From Lingula anatina (Eukaryota > Animalia > Brachiopoda), in the NCBI GenBank assembly GCA_051362555.1, contig CM120643.1, positions 22,386,848-22,450,847 on the forward strand: DNA of 64,000 bases, given 5' to 3'. Position numbers and translations under genes: made by a program. This document shows, piece after piece, positions 1 to 13,018 of the stretch. Within the stretch, counting starts at the first letter, position 1, and every line of letters starts with the position of its first letter. The notes beneath the pieces are model-generated. The model had not been told where the DNA came from. It did not search any database and worked only from the letters and a program-made list of their open reading frames with translations.

Positions 1-2529
1 TGTAGGGAAGTTATGCTGTTTTTTTTTATACTTTTTTCAGCATATATGCAGCACCGATAACACAATAAGTGGAAAACAGCTTTACTTTTTGGCTTCAAAC
101 TTACAAAACTGATGAAGATTCATAATCCGCAGATCAAGTTCAAAAATCAGCATGGTCAAGCCATTTTTAGGGGAGTTATGCTATTTTTTCACTTTTTTCA
201 ACATATATGCAACACTGATAACACTATATAAGAAAAACAGATAGGCCAATTGTCATTATACTTACAGGAGTGGTCAATCTTACTAAAATGCAGGTTGAGT
301 TGGAAAATCAGCATAATCTGGCCATTATTTTAGAAGTTATGCTGTTTTTTCACATTTCCTCAGATTCAATTTTTTAAGCATGTTAACAGTCTCATTATTT
401 AACTAATAAGATACGTAAAAGTGTTTGTTTGATATTTCCTGCATCTTTACAACATTGTTAGTTGATTATGTAAAAATGATGGTAAACTTGATATCATGTA
501 TTGTGTAATAAAGTGTCAAAAATGGAAATAAACTCATATCATATCATATTGCAGTTTGTTAGATTCAATCATCAACTATGTTCAGAATCTCAGAATGGAG
601 GAAATTGGACATTTAACACTGTTCTATTGATATTTTTCCCATCTCATCAATTTTCTTAGTTGGTCATATAAAAATGGAAGTATACTGTTTATTTTGTTTT
701 GTTTAAAAAGTGTTAAAATGGAAATAAACCCATTTCAGAACAGTGCTGTCTTTTTTACAGTTTGGCATTTTTAAGATGTGACTTTGAAGTTCCATGAGCC
801 TGCAGATCTTTGCTAGTCACATTTTCTGAATATCCATGATACTAATATTTTATGATTAAAAATTGATGGTCATTATGCTGTAAAACATTATGTAATATTG
901 CATCAAAATTTGAAGAAACCCCTATTTTGGGCACTGCTCCCATGATGACCATTTAAGGAAAGTCATGTCACTTACTGTTTTCAAACTTACAGGAAAGAAA
1001 CATGGGACTAAAATACAGCTTCAGTAGGCAATGCAGTCTGTTTGGTAAATTTTTCTGGTAGTAAAGCAGTTTTTTTTGTAAAAATTTAATTTTTCACATA
1101 TTGGCATTTTCAATGTATGACTTTGAAGTTCCATGATCCTGAAGACTTTTGCTTGTCACATTTTCTGAATATGCGTTATACTAATATTTTATAATTAAAA
1201 ATTGATGGTCATTATGCTGTTAAACATTATGTAATGTTGCATCAAAATTTGAAGAAACCCCTGTTTTGGGCACTGCTCCCATGATGACCATTTAAGGAAA
1301 ATCGTGTCAATTACTGTTCTCAAACTTACAGGAAAGAAACATGGGTCTAAAATACAGCTTCAGTAGGCAATGCAGTCTGTTTGGTAAATTTTTCTGGCAA
1401 TTAAACAGTTTTTTGTGAAAATGTAATTTTTCACATATTGGCATTTCCAAGGTGTGACTTGGAACCTCCACGGGCTTGAAGACCCATGCTAGTCACATTT
1501 TCTGAAAATTCATGACACTTATATTTTATTATTAAAAATCGATGGTCATTATGCCGTTAAGCATTATGTAATGTTGCATCAAAATAGAAGAAAACACAAT
1601 TTTGGGTGCTGCTGCCTTGATGACCATTATGGGAAAACTGTGTTACTTATGACTGTCAAACTTTCAAAAAAGAAACACAGGACTAAAATGCAGCCTGAGT
1701 TGGAAAAGCAGTCTAATTGGCTTCTTTTTCTGGAAGCTATACATTTTAGTGTAATATTCATTATCTTTTTGGCATATTCATTGTGGGACTCAGAGCTCCC
1801 ATGAACATGAAGCCGAATGGTAATCATATTTTCTACATGTCCATCCTATTTATAGTCAATAAACAAAAATTGGTGATAATTATTCTCTAATTTATTATGT
1901 AATGTTACATCAAAATTGACAACAATCTTTTTGCACTGCTACTGCAAACATTATGAAAAGAAAACTGTGCTACTTATTATCATTTTTAACTTACAAGTAC
2001 GATTTTTAGGATTGGCCTTCAGCTCATATGAGAAAACCAGCTCTATTGGATTATCATTTTTATTGAATTTATGCATTTTTTGTGAAATTTTCATTTTTCT
2101 CATTCTGGCACTTTCTAAGTATAAACTTGAACTCCGATGGGCCTGAAGCCTTATGCTTTTAATTTCGTCTGTGTTACCTGTTGTGCATAAGTTGATGTTG
2201 ACTGTGCAGTTAAACATAATGTATTATTGCATCAGGATTGGTAGTCTCCTATTTTGGGCATTATGGTTTTGTGCTTTTCTTAAAGTGTGACTTATGGGCC
2301 TAAAGACCTTTGAGTGGGTCAGTCTGTAAATTACCCTTGGGTATCACTAGATTAATTTCAGAGTTATAAAGTCATTTGCCTTAATAGGTCATTAAATGAG
2401 ATTACATAAAGCACACTTGTTGATATTTCCCTGTAAACTCCCAAAGGTAAAGCTCTCTGCTAGATTAATAATAAGGAAGCAGTGATAATTATGCAGGTAA
2501 ATTTTGTTTAATATTGCAAATAAGTTTTA

Positions 2530-2533
<4 letters not shown>

Positions 2534-2573
<40 letters not shown>
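2534..2573. repeat. (TA)n microsatellite
   Basis: Uninterrupted AT dinucleotide run. Confidence 0.95.
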
Positions 2574-2575
<2 letters not shown>

Positions 2576-2620
2576 AACTGGAAGATTAAAAGTTTGAATA
2601 GCATCTTCATTGGAATTATA

Positions 2621-2857
2621 TTTACCTCAAGCTCTGCCAAGGAGGTCATATTTTCACCCCCGTTTGTCTGTCATCCACATAACACAAAAAGTTATGGACT
2701 GATTTTGCAGAAATTTTCAGGAACTGTCGGAAGTGGGCCAAAGAGGACAATGATTAATTTTTGGTGGTGGTCTGGAACAATAATCAATCAATTATCAATA
2801 ATAATCAACAATTGCTGCCTTGGCAGAGGTCTGCACTCTCAAAGTGCTTTTCTAGCT
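2621..2857 (+). mobile_element. Short Helentron/HINE-type element, family B, nested in family A copy
   Basis: 5' ttacctc..ctctgccaaggaggt, then a gtttgtctgtc microsatellite remnant. 3' subterminal inverted copy ccttggcagagg, stem-loop gcact-ctcaa-agtgc, and terminal ttctag. Confidence 0.7.
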
Positions 2858-3084
2858 TTGTTGTTTTCCTTTATAATTTTTTCTCAAACACTTGCATTTG
2901 TGACTTTTAACTCTCATCTGCCTGGGGCTCTGCACATTTTCTGTATTTCCACATAAGCAGTTGTATTGTTTTTTATGTCTTTAAACATTATGTAATATTA
3001 TTTTATGCACTGTCATCATTTTTCAAATATTGAGAGTTTCATAATGTGAATTTGAACTCTCATGGTCCTGAAACTGTAATTTTA

Positions 3085-3248
3085 TTGAAGGGGTGGACCA
3101 TCTTCTGGGTCTTCCTGAAGACAGTCAGGTTATTAAGTTTATATTGACTGGTATCTATTTTTTTCTGTTGGAAGACCATCAAAATGGAGGATGGATCAAC
3201 ATAGATACTTTGTAATACTGTCAGAAAATATCTCTGGGTCCGCTCCTG
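3085..3248 (+). mobile_element. Degenerate MITE, CAGGGGCGGATCCAG-terminus type (same family as 16226-16396)
   Basis: Shares tcttctgg.tcttcc.gaagac, aaaatggaggatggatcaacat and tatctctgg.tccgc.cctg with the copy at 16226. Confidence 0.6.
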
Positions 3249-3976
3249 TTATTGACCATGTTACCTGTTGTGCAAGATTAAAATTCAGTGTTGACTGACA
3301 GTGCTATTATAAGCATTATTTATTATTGCATCAAAATTGACAAAATGACCTTTTTTGCATCTTTATTTTCTGTTTTTTGTCTGTACATTTGACAGCTTTG
3401 CTGCCTTGTTATGTTTTAGTTTTACCCTTGTCATATCTGCATGATTGCTTACATTATGCAGTAGGCTGTAAAATCAGAAAATATGTTTCGAGTAACACAA
3501 GGAGTAAATTTGCATGAATTTCATGAGTTTCAGTTTATACATTGCCAAAAAATGTTGCACATAATGTGTTCAAGATAAACAAGAATTTGACTAATAAGAA
3601 AATTTACTGTATATGTCAAATTCAGTTGGTATTTGGCTTTGGTAGTTACGTAATAGTACGCGTTGAACTTGGCCTAAACTGATTACCAACATATTGTTTG
3701 TTATACTTGAAAAATAAAAGTGTGCGATCCTTTGTCAGCACAGTTTTGGGAATCTTATAATTTGATGGCAAAATATGATTTTGAAATAAGTAGTTAAAAT
3801 TTTTTTATGATTATACCTATAAAGTTTGTTCTTATTAAGAATAAAGTGAGGTTTTCATCAAGTTGCTTTCGTCATGTTAATGAAATAGAGGTGTCAGTTC
3901 GGCATGCAAATCTTTGTATTTCATTCTTTTGATTATTAGTTGAATATATTTCTTAATAACTACCTTGATTTTACAG

Positions 3977-5294
3977 AGTTGCCAAAATTTTGAAAGAAAA
4001 AGAAGCCACACAGAAACGTGAGAGTGAGGAGACAGCTGCTTTGGAGAAAATGGTACAGCAAGTGGAGGCCAATCTTGAAACTACAACAGTAAGAAAGTGA
4101 TATGTTTGTGAGATTTATAAAACAAAAGGATAAAGTAGATGTATCTTCATTTAAAATAAGCAGATATATTTAATCAGTATTACTTTTAACAGTTGATAAT
4201 CAGAGTTTAAATTAAATTTGCTAACTTAAAATATGAACGAAGGTCATAAAATAGGCTTGGGATTTCATGGTTTGGTCAGTGATAACCAAATATTATGGTT
4301 GATTATTAATGACGCAATTTGTGTTGTTAATAATAATAATATTACTCATTGGCACTTGATTTTCTCTGAATCTCCTTTTACAGCAAAGAGCTGTGCGGGC
4401 AGAGAGTAAAGTGGCCAGTTTAAAGCAAGACGTTAAAAATTTACAGGTAAAATCAAAAATGTCTCATTTTAACTTGAATACTGTAGGAAATAAAACGTGC
4501 CTCACAATATGTCAGTGGTTTTAACACTTCTGCACAATAATACTAGGATCTTAAAAGATGAATTTTTTTCTGAAGAGAATAAATGACTTTTTACGTATGA
4601 AGCTGAGAGATGCTGGAAAAAAGCTATTTCACCAAAATTTTATTTTACAAAAACCTCTGTTATTCAGGGTCAGATCTCATCGTTAACAGCAGAGAACACA
4701 GCTCTGCGGTCAGGGGACAATTTACATGGTGCAATGAGAGAAAAAGCAAGATATGCCTCAGAACAAATTAAAGCTGCTGCTACCAATGCTGAACTTTCAC
4801 TTAAGTAAGTGCTTTTTAGGAGTTTTAAATTTATTGAAGTGCAGGTAAATGTGAAGAAGACAATGTTTTTTTATCAAAAAAGTTTTTTTTTTTTTACTTG
4901 GATAGAAATTTGACATGATCATTGTTAAAATTGTGTGATGTAGAATAGCCGAAATAAAAATAAACAGAACTTTATGCCCATAAATTTTGAATAGAAAACT
5001 ATGCCAAATTATGGTGTTGGTAATTGTTGGAAATCATCTCAGGAACAAAGGCATAGCATCTCAATATAGAATATCAACATTTCAAACTTAAAATTTGTAC
5101 GTTATTGTATTAGGAGTGTTGCTAATATGTGTGTATGATGATATTGACCTACTCATCCTTTCAGGCACCTTTTGGGTGGTGTAGATTCTATGAAACTGGT
5201 CGCCAACATGTTGGCACATATCGACATGGTAACAGAACAGCCACCTACAGGCGACTCTGCTCAGGGACATCATAATCCAGGCACTGGCGAATAG
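3977..5294 (+). CDS. ENTR1: Endosome-associated trafficking regulator 1 (ENTR1/SDCCAG3), last four coding exons; 5' part outside window
   Basis: Exons 3977-4088, 4384-4446, 4668-4804, 5165-5294 (GT-AG, phases consistent) translate to VAKILKEKEATQKRESEETAALEKMVQQVEANLETTT-QRAVRAESKVASLKQDVKNLQ-GQISSLTAENTALRSG...AATNAELSLK-HLLGGVDSMKLVANMLAHID...*. This matches the ENTR1 C-terminal coiled coil (LESMVQQVEQNL..KRAVKAE..LKQE) as I recall it. AATAAA at 6135-6140. Confidence 0.85.
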
Positions 5295-6160
5295 TGCTGA
5301 ACACAGTGCAGTGTCTTAACAGTATAGATGACAGATTGAGGAGGTGTTTACTCTCAGAAGTTTCTTTTTTATTAGGGAACTGGAAAAGAAATATACTGGG
5401 GGAGGGGCTGAGAAGGCAATAATCTGTTTTTATGGATGATGCTGTTTTGTTTATGAAATCAAAATTATTCCCAGGCAGACTTTCAATATTTCAATTTTAT
5501 GGTTTAAGTTTGTCACACTGCTGTAATGTGATATTACAATCTTGGTATGTTTTTTTTTTTCTTTTTTAAGCAGGGCTAATATGATTTATGATTTAGAAAT
5601 AACTACAGTCTGAATGTGGAGGCAAATGTAGAATGATACTCTTGGTGCTGATGACAAGTTGATTTTGAGATTTTTTTCTGTTTTGTCCTTCAGGTTTTCC
5701 TTAAATTTAACACTGAATTGATTACAAAGTGACTTGACAGATACCCGACTCATTACCCTCATCTTGTTGTTTAAAAGTACACACAGTTTAAACCTCAGTT
5801 TGCACACAATTGGAGGTATCAATTTGACAAATTTATTCATACTGTACAACTGAGATATTGGGCAATGCACAACTGTGAAATCAAGCCATTTACCTTGAAT
5901 AGCTTGAACTTTTTGCATCACAATTTTTACCGTTTTGGTCTTTCCTACTTTCTTGTAAAGTTTGTCAAGTGTGGACATTGCATGCAAAGTTGGCTTAATT
6001 TTCCCTTTAAAAATGTTTGTATGATTCAAAAGTATTGAAAACTTGTCAGCTCTCATGTTTTTATGCTTCCATTAAGTCATAAGTAACAAGATTATTTATA
6101 TTTTAAGAATTGTCACACTTAAATAAGAATGCTGAATAAAGATATTATTTACAGAAATGA

Positions 6161-8331
6161 TTTTTTATGTACAGACACAGATGTGTCTGTACATATTGCC
6201 ATCACCTGCGTCTGTCGTCGCCGTCGCCGTCGCCGATGCCGATGCCGGCGCCGTGCACTTTCCTTGTAAACACGATAAGTGGAGGGCAGTTTTACTTTTT
6301 GGCTTTATATGTACAGAGCTGATGAATATTCATAAAACGCAGGTCAAGTTCGAAAACCAGCATGATCGGGCCATTATTGTAGAAGTTATGCTGTTTTTTC
6401 ACTTTTCAGCATATATGCAACCCTGTAAACACATTTTAAGGAAAACCGTTAGGCCTGTTGTCATGAAACTCACAGGAGTAATCAATCTTACTAAAACGCA
6501 GGTCAAGTTCGAAAATCGGCATGATCGGGCCACTATTTTAGTAGTTATGCTGTTTTTTCATTTTTCAGCATATATACAACACTGTAAACACAATATAAGA
6601 AAAACAGATAGGCCAATTGTCATTTAACTCACAAGAGTGGTCAATCTTACTAAAACGCAGGTTGAGTTCGAAAATCAGCATAATCGGGCCATTATTTTAG
6701 AAGTTATGCTGTTTTTTCAAATTTCCTCAGATTCAACTGTTAGGCATGTTAACAGTCTCATTAATGAACTAATAAGATACGTAAAAGTGTTTGTTTGACA
6801 TTTCCTGCATCTTTACAACATTGTTAGTTGATTATGTAAAAATGATGGTAAACTTGTTATCGTGTATTGTGTAATAAAGTTTCCAAAATGGAAATAAACT
6901 CATATCATTGCAGTTTGTCAGATTCAATCATTCACTATGTTCAGAATCTCAGAATGGAGGAAATTGGACATTTAACACTTTTGTATTTATATTTTTCCCA
7001 TCTCATCAATTTTCTTAGTTGATCGTATAAAAATGGCAGTAACCTGTTAATTTTGTTTTATGTTAAAAAAAGTGTTAAAAATGGGGAAAAAAAAACATTT
7101 CAGAACAGTGCTGTCTTGTTTACATTCTGGCATTTTCAAGTTGTAACTTTGAAGTTCCATGGGCCTGAAGACCTTTGCTAGTCACATTTTCTGAATATCC
7201 ATGATACTAATATTTTATTATTAAAAATTGATGGTCATTATGCTGTTAAACATTATGTAATATTGCATCAAAATTTGAAAAAAAACCATTTTGGGCACTG
7301 CTCCCATGATGACCATTTAAGAAAAACCATGTCACTTACTGTTCTCAAACAGTACAGTAAATATGTACAGATGTGTCTGTACATATTGCCATCACCTGCG
7401 TCTGTCGTCGCCGTCGTCGCCGGTGCCGACACCGTGCACTTTCATTGTAAACATGATAAGTGGAAGGCAGTTTTACTTTTTGGCTGTATATTTACAGAGC
7501 TGATGAATATTCATAAAACGCAGGTCAAGTTAAAAAATCAGCATGATCGGGCCATTATTGTAGAAGTTATGCTGTTTTTTCACTTTTCAGCATATATCCA
7601 ACACTGTAAACACATTTTAAGGAAAACCGTTAGGCCTGTTGTCATGAAAATCACAGGAGTAATTGATCTTACTATAACACAGGTCAAGTTCGAAAATCGG
7701 CATGTTCCACGGGCTTGAAGACCCATGCTAGTCACATTTTCTGAAAATCCATGATACGTGTATTTTATTATTAAAAATTAACGGTCATTTTGCTGTTAAC
7801 CATTATGTTATATTGCATCAGAATAGAAGAAAACACAATTTTGGGTGCTGCTGCCAAGATGACCATTATGGGAAAACCATGTTACTTATGATTGTCAAAC
7901 TTTCAAAAAGAAATACAGGACTAAAATGCAGAGTAATTGATCTTACTAAAACGCAGGTCAAGTTCAAAAATCGGCATGATCGGGCCACTATTTTAGTAGT
8001 TATGCTTTTTTTTTTTCACTTTTCAGCATATATGCAACACTGTAAACACAATATAAGAAAAACATATAGGCCAATTGTCATTAAACTCACAGGAGTGGTC
8101 ATTCCTGCTAAATCGCAGGTTGAGTTCAAAAATCAGCATAATCGGGCCATTATTTTAAAGAAATGCCGTTTTTATGTACAGACACAGATGTATTTTACCT
8201 GTTGAGCATAATTAAAATTTGATGTTGAATTTGCAGTTTAACAAAATGTACTTTTGCATCAGAATTGACAGTAGCCTTTTTTGTTATTTCCTGCTTTTTG
8301 TCTGTACATTTGACAGCTTTGCTGCCTTGTT
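6161..8331 (+). mobile_element. Helentron/HINE family A, copy 2 (rearranged, three head segments)
   Basis: 5' T-tract, 14-bp hairpin tatgtacagacaca-ga-tgtgtctgtacata, (gtcgcc)n microsatellite, and 159-bp units (cagg at 6340, 6499, 6658). 3' end gtctgtacat + gacagc-ttt-gctgcc + ttgtt. No TSD; T-rich target. Confidence 0.85.
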
Positions 8332-10829
8332 ACATTATACCATTTTAGTTTCAAGTACAGTCACTTGGATATCCATCTATGAGAATGAATACACAAAATT
8401 TTCAAAAAGAAGCAATCAAACAAAGCAGATCACCTTCCAAATGGACAGATCTATATGTCAAATCTGACAGAAGCAGTAAAATTAAAACGTTACTTCAGTT
8501 GCACACCTGGAAAATGTCAATTTGTGAAAAAATATTGATTCACGAAAAAAAATTCCAGAAAAAAATCCAATAATGTTTGTTTTCATTACTTAAAGAAAAA
8601 ATCCATTTCAGTTACGTTTTTGAACTTGAACAGTATTAAGTCCTTTTAACCATTCGTTCAAGTGTGAGAACAAATAGTAAAACCATTTTCCTTTCAGTGT
8701 GTTTGTGAGTAAAATTTCAGGAAAGAGAATGGTGAAGACCGACAACGTCTTTCCATAATGGAAATGTAATTGCAAGGTATATAGCAGATAGCACACAGGT
8801 AAACCAGTGCAGTACAGGAGATTCTGAGTAACTGTCACCCCTACCAAATAACATAGACTTTTTGGACAAAGGTTGTTTGCAGAGAACTTGCAAGTGAAAA
8901 GATACAATACTGACACAGATTTATCATTCGAACATTATTATGAATATGCACAGCACAAGATAACAGAACAATTTTAGAATTAAATAAGCAAAAATAATAA
9001 ATATTTTAAACAATAAAAAATACATAAATAAACAAACATATTGTTATATAAATACACTTACAGAGATAAAATCGGGAGCCGATCCAAGATGTTTAAAAGG
9101 ATGAGAGAAATTTGTCATTTTTTTTTACTTCTCCATCCCGCCAAATACATACCTTTAGAATCTGATATGTAATTTTTTACCAAAGATTGTAATTTAGATA
9201 AGCCGATTTAGCATTTAGAAAAGTTGATTGCTAACGTTGAGATCATATAGATTTTATTTTAGATCTTCAGAATGAGCTGTTACTCTACCAAAAGCAGGTG
9301 ATGAGCATGATGACTATGTACAGGCATACTGTGTCTGTACATAAAAACAGACAAAATAGAAACCACAAATTTACAGAACTCATTACACAGTATTTATTGC
9401 ACAATCTATTTGCAAGAATACCTCCTGTAGCACAGAAACTTAATACCCATACACTTAATAACAAGCAGCTTATCCATGAAGTCTTGACTGATGGTTACCA
9501 ATAAGTTATAGAATTCCTTTTCTAAGCAATCACTTCTAACAGCAATTGAATCAAAAGCTTGTTTACAAGAAATCATCACTTTTAAGCACTGAAGAAAGGA
9601 TGCCAGCATCAACATAACATTTTTAAAGGATAATGTGGGGAAAAATGAAAAAAAAGTGGAAGATATATCTCTGAAATTAATTAAACTATAATTCAAAATA
9701 TATCATGTTGAGAAGAAAGCCATTTGCCAAAGTCTACCTGTCAAAGTTCTGTGTATTTTAAACAGCACTATTATGAATAAGAACCCTACTACTTCCAACT
9801 TCATAATTGTAAAAGACTTTTGCCATTATTAAACCATGATAAAAAGCCTGCATAAAATACAATAACTACAATAATATATCTCATGAACTAAGCGTTTAAT
9901 GCAAATAAAATCTCAGACAAGTGCTATAACCAATTTCATATGCAGAAAACATCCTTGTGACTAAATCCAAATATTCTGTAAATTTATCATGGATTTTGTG
10001 AAAAGGTAATATGCTTATTACAAGAGAATTAACACAATAAAAGACTGCATACTCTAGCAAATTTCGCACTAATGGGTATTATATTATGAATCTCATGTTA
10101 TCAGAGAAAATATAGAACAAGAGAACATTTTCCATCATAATGAAGATGCTTATGGGACTTCAGATATGCATAGTAACACTGAAAATTATAAAAGCTATCC
10201 TGGGGCTTGGGGAGGGGTGGGGATTATACATCATCATAGTGATATCTTAATATCACTTCTAATGCTCACATACCAACATGACAAACATAAGGCTTCAAAC
10301 TGAATAAAAAATACACAGAAACTAATGAAATATAGATATGAACATGGCATAGAAATACGTAACTCATCAGAGAAAGAAAGTTTAGTATTATAGTGCACAC
10401 TAAACGATGGCTTCAAGTTATTTTCCAATATGTACAAACTGTTGATCTGTATTGTTCTAACAAGTTCTGATAAAATATAACTTTTTTCTGTATTGTTCAA
10501 ACGAGTTCTGTTAAAATAGAACCTGCTTTATCTAACAACAGCTGTAATTGAGGTTGTACGTACTGAACATAACAGATCACAGCTTTTTTTTTTTTACAAT
10601 CTATGAGACATGATTTCTCATGAGAGGTCATCCAAAAAGTACTCATTTCTTTAATCAACCTTTTTACACTCTTTTACTTTCTATTCACTTAATATGATTC
10701 AACTTGATAATCGTGACATTGACACAAATATGCTTATGGCATTGGTTGTCTTTTCTGCAATATAGCACCACTCCAGGCACTGCTGAACTCGCACACTACT
10801 GGTACTAACTTATACATAAGACTCTACGC

Positions 10830-11966
10830 TCATATTTCAAATCTCAAGAATTCTTTAATTTTCTTGGGCAAAGGAAGCCTTGTAATGTTATCAGAGCGAG
10901 TGTTCCTCAGAATGACCTCACGACAGGCATCTTGAAGAGTAGACACTGAAAAGAAAAAATATGCATTTCATTACATAATCCGGTTCATTAAACAACATTA
11001 TGTAAGATTTACAATTAAAATATGCATCTGCAGTTTTCTTTTAAAAATTTATCATTACTTTTATTCCACTAAATTCTTAGTATTACCAAAAACACAGCAT
11101 ACAAAAATTAGCTTTAAAATTCCAAATGCCTTTACTAGTACCTGAAATTGCTACCATTTTAATATCTTTTTACAAATTTAGATTTGGACATTTGCTAATC
11201 AGTATGTTTTAAATCTACAAAAGAAATTAATTTAGTGCTCATCAAGCAGGGATCATGAGCCCTGAATTTTACCTGAATATAACTGGATGATCCTGACTTG
11301 TTTTGTGGTCCCATACACATCCACCACAGCATGAACAGGGCCATCTTGATATGGTATGTCCTTTGCACAAGCACCTTGGTCTTCCCCATTGATTATAAAG
11401 TGCATATCTGCCTTATTTTCCCCTGTCAACACATACACCACACCAATACGACTACCTATGTCAGTGGGGAGAAAACTCTCGTCTGTGTCCTGTAGCGATA
11501 CCCCTTGTCTGGGCACAGGACGAAGTAAACTGTTTTTAAAGGTGCCTTTACTGGTATGAACATAGTCCCCTTCACCAAGTATTGACTTGGGTCTGTGATC
11601 GTCACTTGTTTCATCATCCAGTTCAACAGCTGAGTATACACGGTTGTGGGACTTAGTGATAGCAAATATCCATGATTTCCCTAAATTGGACAAGTCTGGC
11701 AGTGCATATTGTGGCAGTTCAAATCCGTCATTCGGATCGTGTTGTGTTAATCCTATTCTCATATGTCCACTCCACCCACGCTCATTTTTTTCTATTTCAA
11801 CCAGAAATATTTCTCCTGGTTGAAGAGGTTTTTCACTAAAACTGATTGCATGTGCAAAGCTGCTTTCCCGAAATGCAACTGAATTGTCTTCAAAAAGGCG
11901 AATATTTTGTCCATGGTAATTATGAAAGCGAGCCCCAGGCAATGCGGAAAGACACGTCGAGCTCAT
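10830..11966 (-). CDS. NEURL2: Neuralized-like protein 2 (Ozz-E3; NHR domain + SOCS box)
   Basis: Coding exons 11966-11273 ([24 protein letters not shown]...[16 protein letters not shown]...[12 protein letters not shown]...[20 protein letters not shown]) and 10945-10830 ([12 protein letters not shown]...[20 protein letters not shown] box). Acceptor at 11980-11981. A probable 5'UTR exon ends at 12713 (GTAAGT donor). Confidence 0.92.
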
Positions 11967-12819
11967 TCTCACTTGTTTCCTAAAATGTATTGTAAAGAGA
12001 CTAATTAAACAAAATACACGGGCAGCAGCACTACATATAATATACTGCCAAACCTTTACTTGTACCAATCTCTGCCTAAAAGGTATTTATATACTATAAT
12101 CAAACACAATCTTTCACTGCTAAAATTTTACAAGGAAAAAATTCTCATAAAATCAAGGTTTACGTAACAAACTTCCTCAAACACCTGTCACGGACAACCA
12201 GGGAAATTTCCAAGTCCATTTTACTACCTTTTACTTCACCAATCAATATTCCGCCCAAAATATGAGTCAAAATCACCATCTCTGTCATCAAGAAATACCA
12301 GTGTCTGAAAAACCAATTAATCATAACGTCTCACACAGAGAAGGTCTGTCAAGCACATGGTTTGCTCTTTGCCATGTTTGCACATTGCATGCAAAGGTCA
12401 AATAGTATCCATTTGTCATTTTCTTCACAACAGTTCAAGTGATAATGAGTAATACTTATGTGACATATTGAATGAATTCAGACCCTCGTCAGTGCCTCTT
12501 CTACTGCCCTCAAGTTGAAGTGGCGGTGAAGAATTAAGATAAGAAAATCTAAATCAATGAATATTCACTGCGGAGATTTGGATGGGTACCTTCAACTACG
12601 ACATTTGACAATCTTGCAAACATATTGGTACAGTGCTAGACTCAGTGACTGCGATATTCCTAAGAAATATTTCCTTTTCATGATGCATCTTGGTACAAGA
12701 AACCTCACTTACCAATCTGACTTTCATTTGCAGAACAACATCCACCAGTTGCGTTCTACACTACAACGTAACATTCCATTGTTTGCGGTGTGTTTTTTTC
12801 ATGGAGCTTTTTCATTTCC

Positions 12820-13018
12820 TAAACTTTGTGTGTTCGGATCTGTAATTGGTTAGAGGATGTGTCCTTGATTAATGAACCAATCAAAATTGCTCTAACAAAA
12901 TCTCACGGAGCCAGTCCCCAAATCGTTTGTAGTTTCGGACAAGGCAGGTGGCGGGATGTAAAGGCGAATAAAGAAGGACAGAATGGTATTTCACTGAAAT
13001 TTCATTTATTTAAACACC
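12820..13018. promoter_or_regulatory. Putative bidirectional promoter NEURL2 / SEH1L
   Basis: Short CpG-enriched interval between divergent first exons, with ATTGG (~12845), CCAATC (~12877) and GGCGGG (~12950). Confidence 0.5.

Larger units (their letters stand above)
1..3410 (+). mobile_element. Helentron/HINE (DINE-1-like) non-autonomous element, family A, copy 1 (5' end outside window; interrupted by other insertions)
   Basis: Has the same 159-bp core units (aaaatgcaggt.gagtt.gaaaatcagcat...) and ~338-bp units (TGGC at 763, 1102, 1439) as the copies at 6161, 47389 and 49225. It ends with the family 3' terminus gtctgtacat-tt-gacagctttgctgcc-ttgtt at ~3379-3410. Confidence 0.75.

Noticed and set aside
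5586-6056. 156-aa minus-strand ORF
   Set aside because: Antisense to the ENTR1 3'UTR, AT-rich, with no recognisable motif or splice context.
6157-8467. ORFs of 130-156 aa with repeated KTQVKFEN.HDRA motifs (also 1571-1804, 49209-49652, 50388-50726)
   Set aside because: They lie inside HINE copies. The 159-bp unit preserves frame, and the copies are broken at different positions.
11967-12068. N-terminal extension of the NEURL2 ORF in the track
   Set aside because: Mostly upstream of the acceptor at 11980-11981, so intronic. The first ATG within the exon is at 11966.
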